Positions 39,550-48,085 of a stretch of DNA of 64,000 bases are shown one piece after another. Numbering within the stretch: position 1 is the stretch's first letter; every line of letters starts with the position of its first letter. This DNA is from an uncultured Holophaga sp. (GTDB lineage: Bacteria > Acidobacteriota > Holophagae > Holophagales > Holophagaceae): contig OY761614.1 of the NCBI GenBank assembly GCA_963664825.1, positions 3,168,001 to 3,232,000 on the forward strand, read 5' to 3'. The notes beneath the pieces were generated by a model. The model had not been told where the DNA came from. It did no database searches and saw nothing but the letters and a program-made list of their open reading frames with translations. The position numbers and the translations under genes were made by a program.

Positions 39550-40407
39550 ATGGCGGGCATCGAGGGCGCAGCGGGGGCGGTGACGGCGATCACCGGCTTC
39601 GAGAAGGGGTCGGGCAAGACGACCTTCCTGAACTACGCCCTGCCGCTGGTGCGCCAGGCCGGGCCCGTGGCCGTCTTCTCCATCGGCGTGGACGGCGCCC
39701 TGAAGGCCAGGGCCACCAGCGCCCCGCCTCCCGAGATCCGCGTGGAGGCAGGCGACCTGGTGATGACCACCGATGCCTTTGCCAGGGCTGCCACGGCTCG
39801 TTTTGAAATCCTCGAGGCCATCCCCGGGCGGAGCACCCTGGGGCGCCTCTTCCTGGGGCGGGCCCTGCGGGGAGGCACGGTGACCCTGGTGGGCAGCGAA
39901 CACTTGAGCGTCCTGGCCGAACTCATCGCGCAGATCCGCCGGGAGGGCTGGGCCGCCTCCGTGCTCGTGGATGGCGCCGTGAGCCGCATCACCCAGGTCG
40001 CCGCCCTGGGGGATCTGGGATTCGTCTTCACCGCCCGCATCGACCGGGGCAATCTCCAGAGAGCCGCCGCCCGCATCCGCAACCTGGGCCTGCTGGCGGC
40101 CCTCCCCGTGGAACCGCATCCCTCGCCGGAGGTGCTGCGGATCGAGGGGCCTCTCCTCCCGGCTCACCTGACCGACCTTCCCAAGGGCACCCAGAGGCTT
40201 TCCGTGGAGGACTTCACCAAGGTCTTCCTGGAACCCGCGGAACTCGAACGGACGCTCCGCCACCTGGCGATCAGCGTGCGCCGGGAATTCCGCCTCCTCT
40301 GCTGCGCGGTGGCCCTGCGGGATATCACCCGCGCGGAGTTCCTCCAGGCCGTGGGTGAAAGCCTGGGGGATGCCATCCTGTTCAATCCCTTCGAGGTCGC
40401 CTGCTGA
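39550..40407 (+). CDS. kamB: KamB-like subunit of the lysine 5,6-aminomutase reactivating factor
   Basis: N-terminal P-loop-like GFEKGSGKTT, SIGVDG, LVDGA; located between kamA and kamC. Confidence 0.7.
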   Translation: MAGIEGAAGAVTAITGFEKGSGKTTFLNYALPLVRQAGPVAVFSIGVDGALKARATSAPPPEIRVEAGDLVMTTDAFARAATARFEILEAIPGRSTLGRLFLGRALRGGTVTLVGSEHLSVLAELIAQIRREGWAASVLVDGAVSRITQVAALGDLGFVFTARIDRGNLQRAAARIRNLGLLAALPVEPHPSPEVLRIEGPLLPAHLTDLPKGTQRLSVEDFTKVFLEPAELERTLRHLAISVRREFRLLCCAVALRDITRAEFLQAVGESLGDAILFNPFEVAC

Positions 40408-42005
40408 TGCGCGATTTCATTGGCTACGCTCAATTCGAGATGCTCTGGGAGCGCTTCCTGCCCGAGACCCCCTTCGGGCGCAGGGCCAAGGAATCCATGA
40501 CCGTCTTGGCGGAGCCTGAGGCTCTGACGCGCATCTGGGAGGAGACGGACCAGGCCCTCACGCTCCTCCAGGGGCTGGACGAGGATAGCGTCCGACTGAG
40601 CCGGATCCAGCATCACCTCAAGCGCTTGCCCCGGTTTTGCGAGGACTCCAAGCCCCTCTACGATGAAGTGGAGATCTTCCAGTTCAAGAAGTTCCTCCAC
40701 AACTACAAGAGCCTCGGGGAGTTGCTGGACCCGGAGACGCGCCGTGCCTTCGGCCTCCATTACGCATCCGAGGCCCTGGAACGGCTTCTGGATACGGGCC
40801 GTCAGAGCGCCGAGTCCTTCTACGTGGCCGACGCCTATTCCGAGAGCCTGGCCGAACTGCGGGCCGCACTCCGCGAGACGGATGCCGCCCTCAAGGCCCT
40901 GCAGGCGCGCCGGGCGTCTGAAATCCGGGCGCGGTGGGGCTTCGACTTCGGCAGCCGCGCCTTCCTGCTGGTGCCCAGGGATGCCCTGGGCCCTCTGGAA
41001 AAAGCCAGCGATCTGCTCCGGGTGGAGCCCTTCGACGAAACCAAATATGCCATCCGGATGCAGGCCTCGGGGGAGGAATTCGCCCTCCTGGAGCGCCGGA
41101 CCGCCCTGCTTTCCAGGGAACGCTCCGCCGAGGATGACGTGTTGGAGACGCTCTCCGAGGCCTTGCGGCAGGAAGGGGCGCGCTTTGCGCAGTACCGCCA
41201 AGCCGTCACGGGCTTCGATCTGGCCTTCGCCCGGGCGGGGCTGGCGCGGGAATTCCGCCTCAGGCGCCCTGCGCTTAAGAATGGGCCCATCGAGATCCGC
41301 GGAGGCCGCTTCCTGCCCTGCGAAGAAGCCTGTAGGGAGCTGGGCACCGAGTACGTGGCCCTGGACGCTCTTTTCGATGCGCAGGCCACCGTGATATTCG
41401 GGTCCAATATGGGCGGCAAGACCATTGTATTGAAGACCCTGGCCTTCCTCCAGCTCTGCGTCCAGATGGGGCTCTTCGTTCCCGCCGAGGCCTTCACCAC
41501 CCACCTCTTCGGCCATTTCCACTATCTCGGCGAGGGCCACGCCACGGCGGTGGCCCAGGGGCTCTCGGGCTTCGGGTTCGAGATCCGGCAGTTCGTGGAG
41601 GCCTCCCAGGATTTCAAGACTCCGACGCTGGTGCTCTTCGATGAATTCGCCCGCACCACCAATTCCCTGGAGGCCGAGGCCATCCTCTCGGCGGTCCTGG
41701 AATCTGTGGCCTCCCAGGCGGGGGTGGTGGCCCTCTTCAGCACCCATTTCCGGGGGGTGCGGCGTTTCCCGGGGGTCCGCTACCTGCGGATGAAGGGCCT
41801 GAACCGGGAGGGGCTGGACCTGGATCTGGCCTCCGGCACGGCGCTAGAGGCCCGCATCCGTCTCATCGACCAGCGCATGGAATACCATCTCGTCGCTGAC
41901 GAAGGCGGCTCGGGGGTTTCGGACGCCATCGCGGTGGCCAGCCTGCTGGGGCTGGATCCGGCCATCACGCGGCGGGCCGCCGATTTCTTCAATAACGGAC
42001 ACTGA
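40407..42005 (+). CDS. kamC: KamC, MutS-domain-V ATPase (aminomutase reactivating factor)
   Basis: GSNMGGKT, GLSGFGFE, LFDEFARTTN, FSTHF; directly upstream of kamDE. Confidence 0.78.
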   Translation: MRDFIGYAQFEMLWERFLPETPFGRRAKESMTVLAEPEALTRIWEETDQALTLLQGLDEDSVRLSRIQHHLKRLPRFCEDSKPLYDEVEIFQFKKFLHNYKSLGELLDPETRRAFGLHYASEALERLLDTGRQSAESFYVADAYSESLAELRAALRETDAALKALQARRASEIRARWGFDFGSRAFLLVPRDALGPLEKASDLLRVEPFDETKYAIRMQASGEEFALLERRTALLSRERSAEDDVLETLSEALRQEGARFAQYRQAVTGFDLAFARAGLAREFRLRRPALKNGPIEIRGGRFLPCEEACRELGTEYVALDALFDAQATVIFGSNMGGKTIVLKTLAFLQLCVQMGLFVPAEAFTTHLFGHFHYLGEGHATAVAQGLSGFGFEIRQFVEASQDFKTPTLVLFDEFARTTNSLEAEAILSAVLESVASQAGVVALFSTHFRGVRRFPGVRYLRMKGLNREGLDLDLASGTALEARIRLIDQRMEYHLVADEGGSGVSDAIAVASLLGLDPAITRRAADFFNNGH

Positions 42006-42022
42006 GTCACACAGGAGTGAAC

Positions 42023-43582
42023 ATGGAAACCAAACTGGCGCTCTCGGAAGAACGGATTGCTCGGGCCCGGGAACTCTCCTCGCGCATCGTGGAACCCGTC
42101 GGCATCTTCGTGGATGCCCACACGACGGTCACCGTGGAGCGGGCCACACTGCGCCTGGCGGGGGCGGACCTGGCCGATGCCGATGGCGTGCCTGTGCCCA
42201 ATCTCGTGGTGGACCAGCTGAAGGGCCGCCTGGAGAATGGCGCGCTCCTCACCTACGTGAACGCCCTGGTGAAGACGGGCGAGACCGTGGACGGTCTCAA
42301 CCGGAAGATCGCCGAAGGGTTGAATATCGCCGAACTGCCCTTGGGCGATCGCGCCACGCTGGAGGCCAAGGCCCAGGAACTGGTGCGGGTCTTCGCCACT
42401 CGGGTGAAGGGAAACCGCGCCCATCGCGAGGCCAAGCTTCAGGAGTTCGAAGGGAAGAACCACTCGCCCTTGCTCTACCTCATCGTGGCCACCGGCAATA
42501 TTTTTGAAGATGTGAAGCAGGCCCAGGCCGCTGCCGAACAAGGCGCCGACGTGGTGGCCGTCATCCGCACCACCGCCCAGTCGCTCCTCGATTACGTGCC
42601 CCAGGGGGCCACCACGGAAGGTTTCGGTGGGACCTACGCCACCCAGGAAAATTTCCGCATCATGCGCGCGGCCCTCGACGAGGCCGTGGAGAAGCAGGGC
42701 CGCTACATCTACCTCACCAACTACGCCTCCGGTCTCTGCATGCCGGAGATCGCGGCCATGGGCGCTTTGGAGCGCCTGGACATGATGCTCAACGATTCGA
42801 TGTACGGGATCCTCTTCCGCGATATCAACATGTACCGCACCTTCGTGGACCAGAAGTTCAGTCGCATGATCAATGCCTTCGCCGGCGTCATCATCAACAC
42901 CGGCGAGGACAACTACCTCACCACCTCCGACGCTGTCGAGAAGGCCTACACGGTTCTGGCCAGCCAGTTCCTGAACGAGCGCTTCGCCTATATTGCGGGC
43001 TTGCCCGCCAAGCTGATGGGCTTGGGACACGCCTTCGAGATGGACCCCACCATTAAGAACGGCTTCCTACTGGAGCTGGCCCAGGCCCAGATGGCCCGGG
43101 AGATCTTCCCCGAGGCGCCCCTGAAATACATGCCGCCGACGAAATTCATGACCGGCGATATCTTCAAGGGCGTGGTGCAAAACGCGCTCTTTAATTTCGT
43201 CTCCCAAGCCACGGGGCAGGGCATCCACCTGCTGGGCATGCTGACGGAGGCCATCCACACGCCCTACATGCAGGACCGCTCCCTGGCTCTCGAGAACGCA
43301 AATTACGTCATGAACACCATGGCCGATCTGGGCAGCGAGATCGAGTTCAAGAAGGACGGCATCATCGTGAATCGCGCCCACCAGGTGTTGGACGAGGCCG
43401 TTGAGTTCCTGGAGAAGATCGAGAAGGTCGGCCTCATGGACGCCATGGAACAGGGGGAATTCGCCGATATCAAGCGTCCCCGGGATATGGGCAAGGGCCT
43501 CGATGGCCTGGTGAAGAAGGGGCCCGAATACTGCAACCCCTTCGAGGCCTACCTGAAGGCCGAGCTCGGTCTGGATAAGTAA
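42023..43582 (+). CDS. kamD: Lysine 5,6-aminomutase alpha subunit
   Basis: HTTVTVER, YLIVATGNIF, VIRTTAQSLLDYVP, NYASGLCMPE, INTGEDNYL, KYMPPTK. Confidence 0.95.
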   Translation: METKLALSEERIARARELSSRIVEPVGIFVDAHTTVTVERATLRLAGADLADADGVPVPNLVVDQLKGRLENGALLTYVNALVKTGETVDGLNRKIAEGLNIAELPLGDRATLEAKAQELVRVFATRVKGNRAHREAKLQEFEGKNHSPLLYLIVATGNIFEDVKQAQAAAEQGADVVAVIRTTAQSLLDYVPQGATTEGFGGTYATQENFRIMRAALDEAVEKQGRYIYLTNYASGLCMPEIAAMGALERLDMMLNDSMYGILFRDINMYRTFVDQKFSRMINAFAGVIINTGEDNYLTTSDAVEKAYTVLASQFLNERFAYIAGLPAKLMGLGHAFEMDPTIKNGFLLELAQAQMAREIFPEAPLKYMPPTKFMTGDIFKGVVQNALFNFVSQATGQGIHLLGMLTEAIHTPYMQDRSLALENANYVMNTMADLGSEIEFKKDGIIVNRAHQVLDEAVEFLEKIEKVGLMDAMEQGEFADIKRPRDMGKGLDGLVKKGPEYCNPFEAYLKAELGLDK

Positions 43583-43614
43583 GTGGACTTTCATTCTGGA
43601 AATGAGGTGACGAC

Positions 43615-44352
43615 ATGATCATTCGACCCTATGGCGATACGCTCGATGACGGTGCGGTGCAGCTCTCCTTCACGCTGCCGGTGGCCGACGGTCCCAGGGG
43701 CCGGGAGGCCGCCCGGGTATTTGTCGAGAAGCTGGGCTTCAAACATGCGGAAATCGTCCACTCCCACGCCATGGCCGAAGGCTTCTCCTTCTACGTGGCC
43801 TATGGCCGCACCGAGATCTCCGTGGACTTCGACACCATCCATATCGAAGAGGCCACCGGCGAGAAGATCTACACCATGGACGAGGCCTGCCAGGTGATCC
43901 GCGAGCAGCTGGGCCGCAAGGTCATCATCGTGGGCGCCTGCACGGGCTTCGACGCCCATACCGTGGGCATCGACGCCATCATGAACATGAAGGGCTACAA
44001 CCATCACTACGGGCTGGAGCGCTACCAGGAGATCGAGGCTCACAACCTGGGCGCCCAGGTGCCCAACGACAAGCTGATCGACTACGCCCTGAAGGTGAAT
44101 GCCGACGCCATCCTGGTGAGCCAGATCGTCACCCAGAAGGATGTCCACATCCAGAACATGACCGAACTCATCGAGCTCTTGCAGGCTCGCGGACTGCGGG
44201 AGCGCTTCATCGTCATCGCCGGGGGCACGCGCATCGGCAACAAGCTGGCCGTGGAACTCGGCTACGACGGAGGCTTCGGCAAGGGCAGCTATGCCGATCA
44301 TGTGGCGACTTTCATCGTGGACCGGCTCATCGAACACAAACAGAATCACTGA
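43615..44352 (+). CDS. kamE: Lysine 5,6-aminomutase beta subunit (B12-binding)
   Basis: PYGDTLDDG.VQLSFTLP; DAHTVGIDAIMNMKG (DxHxxG plus PLP lysine). Confidence 0.95.
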   Translation: MIIRPYGDTLDDGAVQLSFTLPVADGPRGREAARVFVEKLGFKHAEIVHSHAMAEGFSFYVAYGRTEISVDFDTIHIEEATGEKIYTMDEACQVIREQLGRKVIIVGACTGFDAHTVGIDAIMNMKGYNHHYGLERYQEIEAHNLGAQVPNDKLIDYALKVNADAILVSQIVTQKDVHIQNMTELIELLQARGLRERFIVIAGGTRIGNKLAVELGYDGGFGKGSYADHVATFIVDRLIEHKQNH

Positions 44353-44466
44353 AAAGATCCACCCGGAGGCCTAGATCACGAAGACCGATCCTCTCCGTCC
44401 GAAGTCCCCTATGCAGTGAAACAGCATCACCTTTCCGTTCCCTTAACGCCCAGTAGGAGGAATCCC

Positions 44467-45153
44467 ATGGTCAAGAAACCCATCATTTCCGCGGCCGAAG
44501 CCGTGGCCAAGGTGCGGGAAGGAGATGTCGTCATGATCGGCGGCTTCCTCGCCTGCGGTTCGCCGCACACGCTCATCCAGGCCCTGAAGGCTCAGGGCAC
44601 CAAGGACATGACCCTGATCTGCAACGACACGGCGGCCCACGACTTCAAGTCGGGCAAGATCAATGGCGTCGGTCACCTGGTGCAGGGACGGCAGTTCAAG
44701 AAGATCATTGCCAGCCATATCGGCCTCAACCAGGAGACCCAGCGGCAGATGAATGCCGGTGAGACCGAGGTTGAGCTCGTGGCCCAGGGATCCCTGGCCG
44801 AGCAGATCCGGGCCGCGGGCGTGGGCCTGGGGGGCATCCTCACGCCCACGGGCATCGGCACCGAGGTGGAGCAGGGCAAGCAGGTCATCACCGTGGGCGA
44901 CCGGCCCTACCTGTTGGAGCTGCCCATCAAGGGCGACGTGGCCCTCATCAAGGCCAAGAAGGCCGATACGGTCGGCAACTTGGTCTATGCGGCCACGGCC
45001 CAGAACTTCAACCCTCTGATGGCCATGGCGGCCTCCCTGGTCATCGCGGAGGTGGAGGAGATCGTGGAAGTGGGCGAGATCGATCCCAACGAGGTCCAGA
45101 CCCCTTCGATCTTCGTGGATTTCCTGGTCAAGGCCGAACGGCTGGAATGGTGA
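44467..45153 (+). CDS. atoD: Butyrate/acetoacetate CoA-transferase alpha subunit
   Basis: MIGGF, ICND, QGSLAEQIRAAG.GLGG, GNLVY, NFNPLMA. Confidence 0.88.
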   Translation: MVKKPIISAAEAVAKVREGDVVMIGGFLACGSPHTLIQALKAQGTKDMTLICNDTAAHDFKSGKINGVGHLVQGRQFKKIIASHIGLNQETQRQMNAGETEVELVAQGSLAEQIRAAGVGLGGILTPTGIGTEVEQGKQVITVGDRPYLLELPIKGDVALIKAKKADTVGNLVYAATAQNFNPLMAMAASLVIAEVEEIVEVGEIDPNEVQTPSIFVDFLVKAERLEW

Positions 45154-45160
45154 GGCGGAA

Positions 45161-45826
45161 ATGGAATACGTAGCCAACAAGAACATCATCGCCAAGCGCA
45201 TCGCCCAGATCTTCAAGTCCGGCGATGTGGTCAATCTCGGCATCGGCCTGCCCACCCTGGTGGGCAACTACATCCCCGAGGACGTCACCCTCATCCTCCA
45301 GTCCGAGAACGGCATGCTGGGCCTGGGCCCGGCGCCAGAGAAGGGCCACGAGAACTGGGACCTCACCAACGCGGGCAGCGCGCCCGTCTCCGTGAAACCC
45401 GGCGGCTGTTTCTTCGATAGCGCCACGAGCTTCGGCATCATCCGGGGCGGGCACGTGGACTTCACGGTGCTGGGCGTGTTGGAAGTCGACCAGGAGGGCA
45501 ACCTGGCCAACTACAAGATCCCTGGCAAGATGGTGCCCGGCATGGGCGGCGCCATGGATCTCACGGCGGGTTCCCGGGAGGTTATCGCCGCCACCCTGCA
45601 CTTCGAGCCCTCGGGCGCTTCGCGCCTGAAGCGGCGCTGCACACTGCCCCTCACGGCGGCGCGGGAGGTGAATTTCGTCGTCACGGATCTGGGGTACTTC
45701 GAAATCGTGGGCGATCGCTTCCATCTCCGGGAATGCTTCGCGCCCTACACCCCCGAGTGGATCAAGGAACACACGGACGCCGAGGTCGTCATCCCCAACG
45801 ACTGCCGGATCGTGAGCTTCGATTAG
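45161..45826 (+). CDS. atoA: Butyrate/acetoacetate CoA-transferase beta subunit
   Basis: VNLGIGLPT, catalytic QSENG, GMGGAMDL. Confidence 0.88.
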   Translation: MEYVANKNIIAKRIAQIFKSGDVVNLGIGLPTLVGNYIPEDVTLILQSENGMLGLGPAPEKGHENWDLTNAGSAPVSVKPGGCFFDSATSFGIIRGGHVDFTVLGVLEVDQEGNLANYKIPGKMVPGMGGAMDLTAGSREVIAATLHFEPSGASRLKRRCTLPLTAAREVNFVVTDLGYFEIVGDRFHLRECFAPYTPEWIKEHTDAEVVIPNDCRIVSFD

Positions 45827-45851
45827 ACCCTCTTCCATTAAGGAGAATTAC

Positions 45852-47114
45852 ATGAGTGCAGTCAGCATCGTCGGCGCCTGCAACACCAAGTTCGGTTCCC
45901 TGGTCAAACGGAACAAGGAGACCGGCGAGATCACCGACCTGAAATCCATCTACGACCTAATGATCGAGGCGGGCCAGGGCGCCCTGGCCGACGCGGGCGT
46001 GACCGGCAAGGATATCGATGGCGTGTGGGTGGGTTCCTGCGCACCGGGCATCTTTGCCAACCAGGAGCACCTGGCCGCCTTCGCCACCGAGATCGATCCC
46101 GAGGGCCTGCGCTTCAAACCCATGACCCGCTGCGAGGATGCCTGCGCCTCGGGTTCCGTAGCCCTCTATGACGCCCTCTACGCCGTGGAATCCGGCCGCG
46201 CCAAGGTGGCGCTGGTGCTGGGCGTGGAGAAGATGAACCTCCTGGACACCAAGGGCGTGACCCACGCCCTTGGCACCTGCTCCTACTGGCCCGAGGAAGG
46301 CGCCCACGGCATGACCTTCCCCAGCCTCTTCGCGGAATACGCCAAGGGCTATCGGGATCACTACAAGCTCTCCGACGATGAACTGGCCCGCATGTTGGCC
46401 CATGTCTCCGCCCTCTGCTACCGGAACGGCGTCGACAATCCCCTGGCCCACTTCAGCAAGGGCGGTCCCTCGGATAAGCTGGGTCTCTTCACCGCCGAGG
46501 CCATCCTGAATCTGCCCCCGGAGAAGAACCCCGTCATCGCAGAGCCCCTCAAGCTCCACGACTGCTCGCTGGTGACCGACGGCGCCGCGGCGCTGGTGAT
46601 CATGCGCACCGACCAGGCCCGGAAGAGCGGTAAGAATATCGTGGAGATCGCGGGCATTGGCCACGCCAACGAGCGCATGGGCCTCTCCATGCGCCCCAAC
46701 ATGTATGAACTCATGGCCGGCAAGGAGGCCGTGCGCCGCGCCTTTGCCGAAGCCAAGATCACCATTGCCGATGTGGATATCGCCGAAGTGCACGACTGCT
46801 TCACCATCAATCAGCTGCTCTGCACGGAAGCTCTCGGCCTCTCCAAGGATGGCCGCGCGGGCCACGACTACATGGCGGGCCGCTTCACCCGGGACGACGC
46901 ACACTGCGCCGTGAACCTCAGCGGCGGCCTCAAGGCCAAGGGCCATCCCGTGGGCGCCACCGGCGTCTCCATGCATGCCCTGCTCTACAAACAGCTGGTG
47001 GGTGAGCCCATCGGTGCCACCCTCACGAAGAAGACCCCCCAGATCGGCGTCTCCTTCAATGTGGGCGGCAGCTCCGTGACCAATTGCGTGACGGTGCTGA
47101 AGCGGCTGAAGTAG
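45852..47114 (+). CDS. Thiolase, SCP2/archaeal type
   Basis: EDACASG, AEVHDCF, GGLKAKGHPVGATG, FNVGG. Confidence 0.85.
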   Translation: MSAVSIVGACNTKFGSLVKRNKETGEITDLKSIYDLMIEAGQGALADAGVTGKDIDGVWVGSCAPGIFANQEHLAAFATEIDPEGLRFKPMTRCEDACASGSVALYDALYAVESGRAKVALVLGVEKMNLLDTKGVTHALGTCSYWPEEGAHGMTFPSLFAEYAKGYRDHYKLSDDELARMLAHVSALCYRNGVDNPLAHFSKGGPSDKLGLFTAEAILNLPPEKNPVIAEPLKLHDCSLVTDGAAALVIMRTDQARKSGKNIVEIAGIGHANERMGLSMRPNMYELMAGKEAVRRAFAEAKITIADVDIAEVHDCFTINQLLCTEALGLSKDGRAGHDYMAGRFTRDDAHCAVNLSGGLKAKGHPVGATGVSMHALLYKQLVGEPIGATLTKKTPQIGVSFNVGGSSVTNCVTVLKRLK

Positions 47115-47131
47115 CACCCCGCTTCAACCCC

Positions 47132-47159
47132 GCAGAGGCCGCCGCAAGGCGGCTTCTGC
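47132..47159 (+). terminator. Strong hairpin at the end of the lysine operon
   Basis: GCAGAGGCCGCC-GCAA-GGCGGCTTCTGC with a GNRA loop; no U tract. Confidence 0.55.
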
Positions 47160-47263
47160 ATAGGGTGAACTGGCCAGATGCCAGCCCATGGGCCTATGCT
47201 TAGGAATTACCGGAAGTTCAAGGGATTGACCTCTGGCTCGCGGGGTACCACCAACAGCGCGAA

Positions 47264-48085
47264 ATGGACGTGACTTCGATGTGGAAGACTCGATTACTGG
47301 CCTGGGCCCTCATGTTCGCGTTTCCGCTCCTGGCTCAAGGGGCGCCTGCGCCTCCCAAGGCCGAGGCTCCGGTCCTGTTGCCCGGGGAAGGCTTGGCCGT
47401 GGCGGGGCCGGATGGGAAGATCTTCACCTATGGCGAGGCCGTCCGGGAGACGCCCATGGGCAGCCTGGCCAAGCTGCTCTGGATGCGCCTTGAGGGGGAC
47501 GAATGGTCCTCCCTGGGCGTCGAGTTCAAGTGCAAGGGCGAATGGAACGGCTATCACTGCTGGCTCGCCAAGGGGCATGGCCGGGTGGATCTGGGCAAGG
47601 CGCTGCAGGAGAGCTGCAACCTAGCCTTTCTGGCTTGGGTCCAGATGAGCGCGGCACGATGGCGGTACTACTACGGTGAGGGCGTGGCACGGGTTCGTCT
47701 GGACGAGGTCTTCGCGCCCTTCCTGGGGAACCGCCTCAAGGCCGGAGACGGCCTTCCCGAATTCGGTCCCGAATGGATCGGTGACGGGGACCTGCTGCGC
47801 ACCAGCCCCGAGGCCCTGTTGAAGTGGATGCTGGATCCCCATCAGGAGGAGGCCCTGAGGCTCTGTCGCCAGCATCTCCTGGGCTTCACCGGAAGCATGA
47901 TCCGGGAGCAGACCTGGTGGGCAAAGACGGGCACGGCGCCGGTGCCTGGTGCGCCAGGAGAGACTTCGGCCTGGGTGGCGGGCAGTAACGATGCCGTAAC
48001 CTGCGTGCTGCGGCTTCCCCGGGGAAAGGGCAGGGCCGATGGCCTGGCGCGCTTCCGCACCCTGATGAAGATCCCCGGCAAGTGA
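47264..48085 (+). CDS. Exported penicillin-binding/transpeptidase-fold protein
   Basis: Signal peptide; SxxK (GSLAK), SxN (ESCN) and KTG (AKTGT) in the canonical order. Confidence 0.7.
   Translation: MDVTSMWKTRLLAWALMFAFPLLAQGAPAPPKAEAPVLLPGEGLAVAGPDGKIFTYGEAVRETPMGSLAKLLWMRLEGDEWSSLGVEFKCKGEWNGYHCWLAKGHGRVDLGKALQESCNLAFLAWVQMSAARWRYYYGEGVARVRLDEVFAPFLGNRLKAGDGLPEFGPEWIGDGDLLRTSPEALLKWMLDPHQEEALRLCRQHLLGFTGSMIREQTWWAKTGTAPVPGAPGETSAWVAGSNDAVTCVLRLPRGKGRADGLARFRTLMKIPGK

Noticed and set aside
40407..42005. DNA mismatch repair MutS
   Set aside because: Only the ATPase domain is present and the kam context indicates KamC.
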